Source: Lingula anatina (lineage: Eukaryota > Animalia > Brachiopoda). Taken from it: a stretch of DNA of 64,000 bases. The translations under genes and the position numbers were made by a program. The notes below the pieces were generated by a model. That model saw nothing but the letters and a program-made list of their open reading frames with translations. It was not told where the DNA came from and did not search any database. Shown piece by piece: positions 28,658 to 41,259 of this stretch. The stretch lies in contig CM120640.1 of the NCBI GenBank assembly GCA_051362555.1, forward strand, positions 71,030,788 through 71,094,787. Direction: 5' to 3'. Every line of letters starts with the position of its first letter. Within the stretch, counting starts at the first letter, position 1.

Positions 28658-29812
28658 TAAAGTCGCACCTCAAATTCTTAATTATCAGAAGGAAGTTTAA
28701 ATCGTGAAAAAAATCCATAATTGTTTGTGTAGATAAAAAATGACTGCAGAATGTTTATGTTCCACCTTTGTGTCCACAGCTGATAAGGGAAAACCGCAGC
28801 GTTCGTCCAATTAACTTGTATATTATGCAATATTTTAAGTGGGTAAACTTGTAGTGAAATCTTTTTTGTAAAGTTTTGTGCTGCTGTTTGGGTTTTAAAA
28901 CACCAAGCTTACTACAGTCCTGTAAAACATTTGTATTGTTTTGAGTGTGGACGATGTAAAATTGCCTTTTTTTTAGCTGGACACGGTTTCCTGTTTCCAT
29001 AGAAACGTCACAGCCAGTGTCCCCAGACCTGCCATACACAGCACGTCCTTCACAGAACCCTTGTTAACTGTTCAGCTTTTTATAGACACCTGCTTGTCAA
29101 GCGTATGGCGCTGGAGGGGCAACGAGGGGGGGGGGGGCGCTCATGTAAGTGAAATTAGAAATGCCTGCATCTCTTTTAGGATTTCTAAATTCGCGGGGAG
29201 CCCATGTTTCTTGATTGTAAAATTGTTCTGAATATATAGCGCCCAATGTGCAACACTGTACACAGATAACTTGTAATATCGCGTGCCTCGTGCCTCAACA
29301 TAGGATACTATTATTTCCCACTACTCCAGTAAACTGCGGAGTGTAAAGCTCTGAGAACGCGGTCTAGGGTAAGTTTTACCCTCGCCTTCATTGCTGAAAT
29401 GCTCTTTTTTTTCTTTCAAATATCTAGCACACAGTTGTGTTTTCAATCTTCTGCAACTCTGGCCAGTAGGACGGTGTAATGTTGCGTCGCTTATTGTTCA
29501 ATAAGGTGAATCTGAGCCCTTGTGAACGAACAACTTCGGAGTTTTTTTTCTATAAACAAATCATTTAAAACTTCCGCTATTTCTAAAGCTATGAGTAATT
29601 TTTTGAACAAAACTACTGTTGTTTCTTGTTGCTCACTGACCATCTTCTGTAACCTTAATTTTTTTTCATGATTTAGGTTTACTAGTATTTTAAAATTGCA
29701 GTCTTATAAGAATTGTCAAGTGAACGCAAGGTGTTGAAAAAATTTTTGAAAAACAAGAAAAGAACTTTAACAGAAGCATAAAGATTATCCGATAAAAGCT
29801 ATTTTGAGAAAA

Positions 29813-29821
29813 CACACACAC

Positions 29822-29899
<78 letters not shown>
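29813..29899. repeat. (CA)n(GA)n compound microsatellite
   Basis: Seen directly. Confidence 0.95.
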
Positions 29900-29901
<2 letters not shown>

Positions 29902-30250
29902 AAGAAGTCTGTCCCGACGGGAACACACACCGAGGTGCACGTGTCCATGACGTAGTTTCAGACTTGAATTAACCTTTCTGTTACCTTATATGTACGACAA
30001 TCGGAAAACCATGTGCTAATAACACTTGATTGAACACAAAGAAAATAAGGAAAGGTGGAATAAGTGAGTGGATGTAAGTGTAGATCAACGCCCTTTCTGT
30101 GTTCGTTACCTAGACCTGGCAGAGCGCAGGCACCTTTTTCCTCTGTTTTGGGACAGGTGGGGTTAATATGGGGTAGTACAGGGACACATTTATAAACACA
30201 AGAGACTTGATACATACGACCCCGTCTTAAGGAAAACACAGAGGGTTGTT

Positions 30251-30424
30251 TCGAATAGGCTACAACTTACATTTAAGTCTAGAAACACTGATATTTTTCA
30301 AAACACAGCACTAAATTATGGCTGATATTTGGGAAGATTGTTACATGTTTAGCCTTACAATGAATGCATTGATTAAAATGAGGAAAGAACAACGAACATT
30401 AGACGAAAGCGTAATAGAAGTGAT
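30251..30424. repeat. 174-bp direct repeat, copy 1
   Basis: Identical to 31185-31358 except one C/T difference. Confidence 0.9.
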
Positions 30425-30772
30425 TTTTGATGATTGAATAATTGAATCCTGTTTCTATAGGGCATCTTTGTTCAGGCGCCCAGGGTTTTAACTACTTGAT
30501 CGCCGCACAGTTGTGGAAACGCTTTGTGTCAGCGTTCATTGAAAGAGGAATCGCCAGGACGATAAGCGTACGCCTTAGTTATTGCCGTTTAATTTGATGA
30601 ACAAATCTGTGCAATTGTGTCTGCAATGTTACAGCTCCGGATTTTTGGTATTTTACCAATAATTTTCCATAAAAAAAAACTTTAATTTCTTTGGCCTGTT
30701 CACGATGAAACCTCATAGAGTCACCGATGTGAATAACCCTTTGATTAAAGCATACTAACATATCGTGACTTA

Positions 30773-30996
30773 GACCCCATTCCCATAGCAATTTAGATCG
30801 ATCTATCCCCCTGGGGAGTCTCACTAGATTGGTGTCAGCTTAACAGGCTTAAATGTCTGTCCCGCCTACTAAAAGCTGTAAGGGGGTAATTAAATATGGT
30901 GCACGCTCGGCTGACTGCAATTTAGTGTGAACCTCCAGGGAGTTAGGTCGATCTAAATCTAAATTTCTGGATTGATCTAAATCTCTGGGATCACTC
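30773..30996. mobile_element. PIF/Harbinger-like MITE, subfamily B
   Basis: TTA|GACCCCATTCCC...GGGATCACTC|TTA; near reverse complement of 61130-61355. Confidence 0.85.
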
Positions 30997-31184
30997 TTAC
31001 AGTAAACAATGGTAGTTATTCTATACCACATAGAAGGCGGGATGATGCTAAGGTGCTGACGTGTGTCTACCTTCGATTGGTGGTAATGTTTGACAGCACC
31101 ATATTCTTTTTTTCTACGGGTCGATCTCAGGTTCATTTATCTTATTTCTTAAAAATATTAGATCAGACTTAACAATTATATATA

Positions 31185-31358
31185 TCGAATAGGCTACAAC
31201 TTACATTTAAGTCTAGAAACACTGATATTTTTCAAAACACAGCACTAAATTATGGCTGATATTTGGGAAGATTGTTACATGTTTAGCCTTACAATGAATG
31301 CATTGATTAAAATGAGGAAAGAACAACGAACATTAGACGAAAGTGTAATAGAAGTGAT
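31185..31358. repeat. 174-bp direct repeat, copy 2 (embedded in a TA tract)
   Basis: Near-identical to 30251-30424 and flanked by TATATA on both sides. Confidence 0.9.
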
Positions 31359-32261
31359 ATATAATCTTTAGAGAGGGTCTTTCAAATTGCTAAAGCAAAC
31401 GTGAAACGCAGTAACAATCCTTAGTCAACCCTTCATTCTTCTATCACTGGCAGTTCCATTTTAAGTCGCCGAGGAACGTCCGTATATCTAATAATTTTTT
31501 GCCTTTACTGCTATTATCAAAATTAATGAGAGGGCCATTAATGAAATATAACGCATATTAAATAGCTATCTGTGTAAATCATTGCAGCGTGTGGATACAT
31601 GCATGTACGCACATAAAACACGAGGACTGGGCCGTTAAGAGATTAGCCGCAAGGCGTGGGAATACCTCGCTTTACTCTTTGCACCAAAAAACACCATCTA
31701 AAACTGGAAAGAGCATTAAATTGAAGTCTTGTGGTCACTTGTGGCCTAAAATGAAACCAAATCAAAATGAATTAGCAGGGACAACAGAAGCCAAATCACC
31801 ATCAGGTCATAGTATACACTACATGTAGTGGCCAGCTCCGGCCATCTTTCTTTAGTTTGAAGGAGAAATGACCCCCTGTGAATTTAACTAATGCTTTTTA
31901 TTCGAGCACAGAACACAAATGGGAATCCGAGAAGAGGAACCTCCGATAAGAACGCTTCCAATTTTCTGGAACACTACCTTTTCAAGTGGGGGCCTTGCGA
32001 ATAAGTGCTTTTTCTTGCAAGATTAAACCTTATACACACATGTTTGTTTGACCAGAAACAAATCTTTACATGGTCAATAATGCACAGCGCCGTAGGGGAA
32101 ACGGCTTCAGTATCCACTAAACAAAAGCATAGAACTATAACTGTTTTTGCATCAAAGTTCCCGTGATAGCCATCATTTCTGCAGATTGCCCATCAAAGTC
32201 CTGTTCGTAATTTGCATTAACTTATCCTGACGGTTCATTGAAAAACCATCATCTTTCCTAC

Positions 32262-32975
32262 ATTATCCCACTATCAACATCACTGTCTTCCTTACCAGCA
32301 CTATCCCACTATTATTATCATCACCATCTTCATCTTCTCTACCTTCATCGTTATACCACTATCGTCACCATCAGCATTCCAGGTTTTCTTCCCAGCATCA
32401 TCCCACTCATTACCATCTTCTCTACAATTATCCCACTATTTTCATCATCACCATCTTCTTTCAAGCATCATCCCACTATTATCATCATCACCATCTTTTC
32501 TACCACTGTCCACTACCATCATTATCACCATCTACCGTGCCAGAGTTATCCCACTATTATCATCATCACATCTTCCCTACCAGAGTTATCCCACTATTAT
32601 CATCATCACCATCTTTCCTACCAGAGTTATCCCACTATTATCACCATCACCATCTACCCTACCAGAGTTATCCCACTATTGTCACCATCACCATCTTCCC
32701 TACCAAAATTATCCCACTATTAGCATCATCACCATCTTCCCTACCAGAGTTATCCCACTATCATTATCACCATCACCATCTTCCCTACCAGAGTTATCCC
32801 ACTATCATTATCACCATCATCCTCTTCCCTACCAGAGTTATCCTTTTATCATCACCATTACCATCTTCCCTACCAGAGTTATCCCACTATTATCACCATC
32901 ACCATCTACCCCACCAGAGTTATCCCATTATTATCATCATCACCATCTTCCCTACCAGAGTTATCCTATTATTGC
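32262..32975. repeat. ~41-bp minisatellite (TCTTCCCTACCAGAGTTATCCCACTATTATCATCATCACCA)
   Basis: About 11 well-conserved units from ~32530 onward, with more degenerate units to the left. Confidence 0.9.
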
Positions 32976-35900
32976 CCTTTTAAATAAAAAGTGCTCGTAA
33001 ACGCACTAAGTTCCAGCTTCAATGTCTGGCTACAGTAGAACAGTATTTTTCTATTAGAAAGGCACTGCTACTGCATAATGGGAAATTTAATAGAAAGGTA
33101 ATCAACTCAGACAACATAGAAAGAGGCAAAGAACTATGATCAAAAGCAACAGAGAGAAGCTTTTAAGGAAAGCAGACACTGGGGACACCGAATTGGTCAG
33201 AAAACAGAAAAGCAAGGTATGGTCTGGAATGGACGCCTTGCTGCAAACAAATCCAAAACAAACATCGGAAAGCCACGGATATTGATTCGACAAGTTTTAA
33301 TATTACGTAATATCCGTGGAATAAGAACCCATGTCCTTAGTCCCCTTCCTCACACTCATAGCGAATATTAGATTTTCATTTCAAGTGCAAGGTGAACTTG
33401 TCCAAAGCCACCAACAATATACTTCACCACTGTTCTGTAGAAAGAACGTTTTTCACATCACTGCATACATGTTCAGCGAAATATGCACGCCAGGAATTGA
33501 CCAACGTTTGCTAAACACATTTAGTCGGTCTATTTATTTTGAAGCACGGGTTGGAAGAGAAATTGGCTCTGTATAACACATTACCTTCGTTAAACGGGGA
33601 CTGGGGCGGCAATCACTATTTATTTTTGTCGTTTCAAATACGGTGTCTGAAATTGTTTTTAGTATATTAGAAATGACAAAAACAATCAAATGACAACCTG
33701 CCGGGACAAAATAATTATCTTTACATTTCGTTCTAGTTGCGTTTCAGAGCAGTTGCTGAATAAGTCCATGTATAAAAAGACCAATAGTGAACTGTAAATA
33801 CGAAAATTAAAATCTATTTGAATTATTCAAAGAACCCAAAAAACTTGGAACCTCCTTGTCATTTTCATTGCACGAACTGTGCCACGTGTCATATGTTGCA
33901 TGTATTAACACTCCTTAACGTCTCTCCACCATCTGTGACGAACAGTGACCACAACATAAAAGACATTCCTCTGGCCTTGGTGGACGGAAGGGGCCGGAAT
34001 GACCAGAGAGGGGGGTCATTAAGGTCAAGCACCACAACAGGTGGTCAGAGAGGCTGCCACGTCCCGGCCCCACCAAACCATGGTCACACTGTGATGATTA
34101 GGAAACCAATGTTTACTACAAAGAAGCAAGCTGTCATTCAAAGGTTGAGAAAGCCTTGCTGTACATAGCCTGCACACTGTATGTTTGTGTTTTGTAAACG
34201 CGCCATATCTTTAAATGGGTAATGAAGCCCGATTGGTACGTGGGGATGGCGCGGAAGTACGGGCACTGCTTTATTTTAGTAAAGATTTAACCACGAACGA
34301 CATGTTAGCGTTACAGAACGCTGGGCAATGCCATAAACCATTGATTGAAGTGCATCAAAGGAATAAATTGTGTAAGCATGTCATTTTACTCCAGTAAAAA
34401 TTGAGAATAAATCATCTTTCAATATTTGGTTATACCTTGATCTCATAAACGTTTGCAGAAAAAATCCAAATATTTTGAAAGAGAGTAGTAGATAGCACAG
34501 ACCAGTTATATTCATGTACGCCTCGGGTCGTACTCGTCTATAGCGTGAAATACCAAGTTGAAGTATGGGCATCCATATGATAAATGTGCAAATATATCAC
34601 CTTATGATAGGAGTTTAAGACGGGCGCGGATTCCGTTCTGTGCTTTAAAAACGTTGCGTAAAAAAACAGCAAAGAGACAAAACGTAACACCGTTCATTTC
34701 TTTCTACCAGAGAGTTGCGTTGTTTGGGATACCTTCAGGTGATTTGTCTTTCCTTGCCCCGTCATTTCCCCCAGTGACCCAAAGGTTCTCAGCTACAGAT
34801 CTGTGTCCTGCTCCCACCACTGTTTGATGTGGAGAGGTCTTGCCCTCGCCCCTGGTCACAGAGTGGCGCACCATGTGGTAGCTTCTAGACTACAGTAGGC
34901 AAACATGCCGCCATTAAAGAGAAGACGAAAGAGAAGATTTGGAAACCGAGATCGGAGACAGCTACAATAGTAATGGTCCAAAATAAAAGAAGCTGAAAGA
35001 AAAAGGCATTTGTGACGCATCCTTTACTCACAGCAAAAGAAAAATATCAATAGTCAACAGGGAGTTAACTTTCTCCTCCTTTAACTCTTTTTACAAAAAC
35101 CAAGTGTATATTATTTAGAATACGCGCAAAATGCAGAGTTTTGGCATAGAGATTGTAATGGCGACCGGTGCGTCAGTCGCGACTGCATTCTCAGGCCAGC
35201 CGACATGTACTCTTACGCTGCCAGTTGTGTTTTCTCTTTTTTTAACGTTTAGCAAAGTATCTGTGGTTTTCATTCAACTTCCATGAACTTTTTAATTCAT
35301 GAAACTTTTCGCTTATGTGTTATTAGCATTTTATTAAGATGTCTGAAACAATTTTCCTCAGAAGGACAAGTGACTGGACATGTAGACATATGAAGGCTAT
35401 ATCTAAATTCAGAATGTGGTCTGGAAAATGATTCCCGGCCTCTGTTAAAGTAAAATATTCTTTAAATATGCCACAAGAGTGCAGTATATATACCTAAATA
35501 AAATGTGTTTGAACTTCGAGAATTTTTCCGCGCACATAGCAGGCAGTTTTATAAATCACATCACAAACTTAGAGAAAGTGATCTGGAAGTGAGTGGGATC
35601 AAGTCCGACAGTTTCAAGGAGATGTCGGTGCCTGATCTTTTTTCATTCACTTGGAAACACTTAAGTCAGCACTCGACTAAGTTTACTGTAGCGCGTAATG
35701 ATGCGTATTGTTTGTAACGCCGAGTTCCTCCATCGTTAAAGCGCTGCTCGTTAGATGGCTGCTACAGTGAAGGCTGACAGGCAGAACATGCGTCCAAGTG
35801 ACAGACGAGCATTAACCTTCTTATGCTACTCCAAGTTAAGTGATTTACAAAATGAATTTTAAATTTGCAACATAAATCATAGTAGAGACTGGAGTAAAAC

Positions 35901-37592
35901 ATCACAAAACGCTAAGTCTGCGGCACACAGGTGGCAGGCCCTACCCCACGCGCGCGACACCTTCGAGTAAATATTACCAATGGTATGGGAAAGCTTAATG
36001 GTCATAATAACCACCACCAAATGATACCAAATGGCCTAAAATATGTTTTCTTTCCAGACGTCTACAACAGAAACACTGGCGAGGCAGTGTCATGTTACAA
36101 AAAGCCACCGAAAGCAAATGGCAATAAAACATTTTCTTTTCAAAGGGAGAAGAATGACAGTGCTGAGATTAAAACTAGCCTATTTAAAACGAAAGCTACT
36201 TGCAAATTAAAATATGTCAACTACTCTTCTACATCTAACGCTTGAAAATTGCCAGACACATGCTGCGTCACTATGCTTGATACTCAGGATAAAATAAGCT
36301 ATACATGATTAACATATCTTTTCCCCTGGTTTTGAACAACCTTAATAAAGAAAGCACCCCAGCATTAAAGGCGTGAGGTCCATACTAGTGTACTACGCCC
36401 TAGAGGCGTTCTTCTTACTCACAGTCTTGGCCGTTAACCGTGCACACCAACCCCAGCAGGAATGGCAAAACTGCTAATAATGCCGGAAAACAACAATATC
36501 GACAACGCGTCCTCCTCATCTTTTAGAATAATCCTCTGGTGCCGGCTTCCTTCTCCACAGTCCACGTTTGTGGTCTGTCTACGCAGGTTGCGCTCAAGCT
36601 GCGTTCGTCAGAACCGGACTTTTACTTTCACAACCCTCTAATCAGGTATATACACTAAATGCTTGCCAAGAAGTCACGTGGGGAATTGTGTTCATCCTTG
36701 TGGTAATTTCTTTCTTTCCAATAGAGAAAAAAACTGTTTAAATAAGTAAATCAAGCTCCATTGAAGTAGCAAGAGCGATTTGGCCGAAGAACAGAAGAAA
36801 AACACATCACTCCTACTCGTCCAAGGGCGCAGGAAGAGTTCTTGCCCTTTCTGACACCAATTAACACTATCTAGATATTCGGTATGTTTCTGCGGCGTGC
36901 GCGTTCCTTGAAGACTGTTATCTTGTGATTAATATATTGGAATACATTGCACAGAGAACTGGCTGGAATGCCTCTATCACACAGGCAGGACGGGAGCCGG
37001 GTTGTGCGGACCAGGACGCGTTATCAATGAATCATTGCAGGACCTCGGCGACTGCGGCGGTCCACTCAGCGTCGCTTACGTTCCATTAGACAAGGTTTTA
37101 GATGCAACCCTTCATTTTAACAAGCTTGTTTCCCAGTCTTCAGAAACGCCTCTCCTGTGTCGATGTGAAAGAGAATCTGTCAGAATACACGAGTTAGTAA
37201 GCAATGCTGTGGCCGACTTTGGCACCCTACTTCCATAGGATAACTGGCGACTGTTTAGATTCATGCAACTTAATAGCCAGCCAGTTCCCAATGAGCAGTG
37301 ACAAACAAACCCATTCCCCTGTGTGACGCTGGTATATTTTAACTGTCCAGAAACAACATCAGTAATTTTGTTTGTCACTGTAGGTGACGATGTTTGCGTT
37401 TCTAATCTTTTTTCCTAACCAGTAAAAATTTTAATCGATTTTACGTAAACTATCAAGCTGACCATAGCCATTTGTGTATTTGTTGCATTAAGTTCTTTTG
37501 GCAGACGCTTGAAAAAAATAATACTTGTGCAATGCGTGCTTTGGGCTTAAGGGATGACCCCACCTTAGAATGTTTTCTGAGGATCAGTGTAA

Positions 37593-37871
37593 GACTGGGT
37601 TCCCAGGCCTAGATCGATCTAACAGGATCGATCCATCTCTAAGGGGTTTCTCGCCAAATTGCTTTCAGTTTAAGCGGCTTAGATCTCTGGAACGCCGGCT
37701 GCTAATTAATAAAACGATAATTAATCACCCCCTGCTAAACGATAATTAATTACCCCCTAGCAGCTTCAGTAGTCGCGACAGACAGTCGCTTAAATTGATA
37801 GCAATTTAGCGAGAGTCCCTTTGGAGATAGATCAATCTTAAGTTAGTACGATAGTGTCTGGGAATGGTCCC
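37593..37871. mobile_element. PIF/Harbinger-like MITE, subfamily A
   Basis: TAA|GACTGGGTTCCCA...TGGGAATGGTCCC; the central AACGATAATTAAT motif is duplicated. Confidence 0.8.
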
Positions 37872-39685
37872 TACGTGCATTTCCAAGAAGCCAGGTTCTA
37901 TCCCGGTTCTACCTGTGGTCGGAGGGAGAGGCATTACAAGCCCCATTAGCTCTGTGGCAGACCACTACAAAGAGATAGAGGGGGCAGGAGGGCTACCTTA
38001 AAAGTGAACTCGATCCCCTTAGCCACCCATTTATCTGCCTAGTCCACATGTGTTCTTGCCACGTTCCTGTAACGCCTCAGCACCCATATTGCAGCCTACA
38101 GATGTCTAGGAAATGAAATGAACGAGTTGGTAAACTATTTCACTGTGCTAACCAATGTAATGGGAGTCCAGTTTTGTTCATTGGGCAAAACGAAGGCGTT
38201 TCCTCAAATAACTACAAGTGTTTTCCTTTTTTTCAATTAAAGTACGGAAATGGGCGATTATAATTATTTGTGTTGCAACATCCGAGTGGCGGGTAGTCTG
38301 TCTTCGTCTTGTGTTATCTAACCTGTGTATTGGTCTTTTCACTGGACATCAGGCCAAATGCATCCTCTAGGTACTTCAAACATGGAACCGTATGCGGCAC
38401 ATCGCACAATGCTAATCCAATTAACGACAACATCACACCGAGAAGACGCGTCAAAACTAAACACCGACAGAAAAGCTCAAAAGATATAAAAAAGATGTTG
38501 AAGTGAGAAAAAGCTGCCTTTAAAACACTGACTAATTAAAATGAACATTTTGTAGACTTCAAAACAACCGACCAAATATGATCATGAAGATTTTCTATGA
38601 TTGCAACAATTAGGAGGTTGCCACTAAAATCAAATTTATAAATTTTGATTTTGCGTTTAAAACGAAAAACAAGCTAGCAAGCAAGCTATCAAATAAACAA
38701 ACAAATAAACAACATATGTAACATTGCAAAGCCCACTATTAATGAAGGGTTTACATTTTTTTGTGAGCATTAATTTCAAGTGATTGAAACATGATGTTAA
38801 ACAAAGCTCGTGAAATAAAAACCGTAGAAGCTCTATGCTCAACTTAGAACTATTGTTCTTTTGATGAAGTAAGGCGATACAAAACAACAGCAGCCCGAGG
38901 ACATGAAGTTACGCAGGGGTACACGCGGTTCATCTAACATGGCGGTTTAGTTTACATCCTTCGCACAAACAACTGGTCTAAGATCAACCAAAACCATTTT
39001 GTTGATGGGAAGAACTTTGCTTCTACGTTTCTTTCATCGATTTTCGATTTCTTAAGTACTTAATTTAGCTGAAAAATAACAAACATAATATAATGTATAA
39101 ATGGACGTGAGTCACCTCATGTAGAGAAAAAAACGCCATTTCATCGCACATTTATTATGCTGCACCCGGATAACTCATAAAAGTACTGCAAGGCATTTCC
39201 AGGAGTAATTTCCTTTCCTTAATATGTCTGCATATCTGCAATAGATCTTGGTATATTACATGAATCTCATGGGACAGAGTCTGGAAGACGGATTTTTGGT
39301 GAAAATCCGTCTTTCATGAGAAAATATGCTCCGCAACTGACTTGCTGGCTTCTTCTAACAGTGGTAGCAACGATTTAACTTTAAGAAAACAGAACTGCAC
39401 GGAAAAAAGCAATTCCAAATTTGATATTTAAGATAAAACATTAAGGACACTTTTTGTATTTCTGATGAAAGAAAAGGGGTGTGCTGGAAAAGCTAGACGT
39501 TTCCCATCGTCTGGTCACGTTTTGGGAGACGCCTATCTCCCTTTGATTTTTTTGCGACAAAATGAAACCGTTAATTACACAAAGTTTAAAACAAGGTTAA
39601 AACTAGACTGCCTAGTCTAGAAACACACATAGGAACTGAACTGAAACTAAGAACCAATATAGTTTGACAAAATAAGGGCAACAGA

Positions 39686-39790
39686 AGTCACTTACATTGG
39701 TTGACAAGATATACCCAACTCTCCGTCCACAGACGTCACTTACATCAGTTGACAGGATATACCCAACTCTCTGTCCACAGACATCACTTA
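39686..39790. repeat. 46-bp tandem repeat (~2.3 copies)
   Basis: GTCACTTACAT..GTTGACA.GATATACCCAACTCTC.GTCCACAGAC is repeated. Confidence 0.8.
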
Positions 39791-39993
39791 GGCTCTATTC
39801 CCAGAGCTTTTAGATCGATCCATCCCCGCGGGGAGTCTCACTAGATTACTGTCATATAATACGGCTTAAATGTCCGTCCCGCCTACTACAAGCTGTAAGG
39901 GGGTAATTAACTATGGTGCCTGCAATTTAGCGTGAACCCCCAGGGAGTTAGGTCGATCTAAAGTAGATCGACCTAATCTTTGGGAATGGGGTC
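39791..39993. mobile_element. PIF/Harbinger-like MITE, subfamily B
   Basis: TTA|GGCTCTATTCCCA...TGGGAATGGGGTC|TTA; inserted at the end of a 46-bp tandem repeat. Confidence 0.85.
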
Positions 39994-40188
39994 TTAGACG
40001 AGTTAACAAAACGCTCTCAACCGTACAGTCACAGCTGCTTCTCGCGACAAACACTCTAACATACACAGATGTATCTTCTCAAGTTTGAAAGATTTCCTTG
40101 TAATTTACCTCTAATGGATCAACACGCCCAAACAAGGCAATATGATGCAGTTTGATCTTAGTCGGAGTCGTTAACAAAACCAATCTCA

Positions 40189-40334
40189 GACCCCATTCCC
40201 ATACATAGATAAACGATAGTTAATTTCCCCCTAACTGCTTCAGTAGGCGTGCCAGGCATAAGAGCAATTTAGTGAAAAACCCCTCGGAGATGGATCGATC
40301 CTGTAAGATCGATCTAAGTATGGAAATGGGGTGT
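40189..40334. mobile_element. Internally deleted copy of the same MITE family (subfamily A)
   Basis: GACCCCATTCCCATAC...GTATGGAAATGGGGT, with the left arm truncated. Confidence 0.7.
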
Positions 40335-40725
40335 CCGTCACCCATCATAAATATAATGACTGAATTCCACATGCTATTCTGATAAAGGCTCGGATGTGCC
40401 AATGAACGGACCTCTGGGCACAGGTCGGTGTATGCAGCTTATCAATCTGCTTTATGACAGGGGAAATAACCTGAATAATTCTCTTGTTTAAAAATGATTT
40501 TATTATAATAATTTATGTTAATACTTAATAAGACAATACAATATAAATAACACTCAGATCAGTGTCATCACAGGTCATTATAAGGAACACGGCTGTCACA
40601 GGCACAATATAAAAGTCGTAAAACAACAGACAATAAAATAACTCCGCCATCAGGTAGAAGGTTGTGCATTTTGTAAGTTTCTCCTCAGGCTGGGTAGATG
40701 AGTAAACAGTGCCAGGTTACACTAA

Positions 40726-40982
40726 GACTGGGTTCCCATCCCTGGATTGATCTAACAGGATCGGGCCATCTCCACACAGGTTTCTTGCTAAATTGCTTTC
40801 AACTTAAGCGGCTTAGATGTCTGGGACTCCTACTAAAGCTCCTAACGATAGTTAATTAACCTCTATCAGCTTCAGTAGGTGTGACAGACATCTAAGTCGC
40901 TTAAGTTAATTGCAATTAAGCGAGAATCCCCTCGGAGATAGTTCGATCTAAAGTTAGTACGATAGGGTCTGGGAATGGTCTC
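40726..40982. mobile_element. PIF/Harbinger-like MITE, subfamily A, in the putative MsrA 3'UTR
   Basis: TAA|GACTGGGTTCCCA...TGGGAATGGTCTC|TAA; it lies between two ~105-bp direct repeats. Confidence 0.85.
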
Positions 40983-41259
40983 TAAAACAACAGACAATAA
41001 AATAACTCAGCCAGCAGGTAGAAAGTTGTGCATTTTGTAAGCTTCTCCTTAGGCTAGGTGGATAAGTAGTGCCAGATTACACTAAAACATGATTGGTAAT
41101 GAAGTCTTCTCTCCCAGTTAAAACATCTTTAATCACATTTTGCATGAATGATAATAAAATACTGAGTCTCTTAAAGAAATCATAGGCCATATATCAACAA
41201 AGTTGACAATATTGCAGGCCTGAATTCTATTACAAGTTGCTCTTCCCTGATCTGCCTAG

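Noticed and set aside
32238-32983. His/Tyr-rich ORFs resembling a biomineralisation or metal-binding protein
   Set aside because: They come from a 41-bp repeat that cycles through reading frames. They start at TTG/GTG, and I found no signal peptide or splice support.
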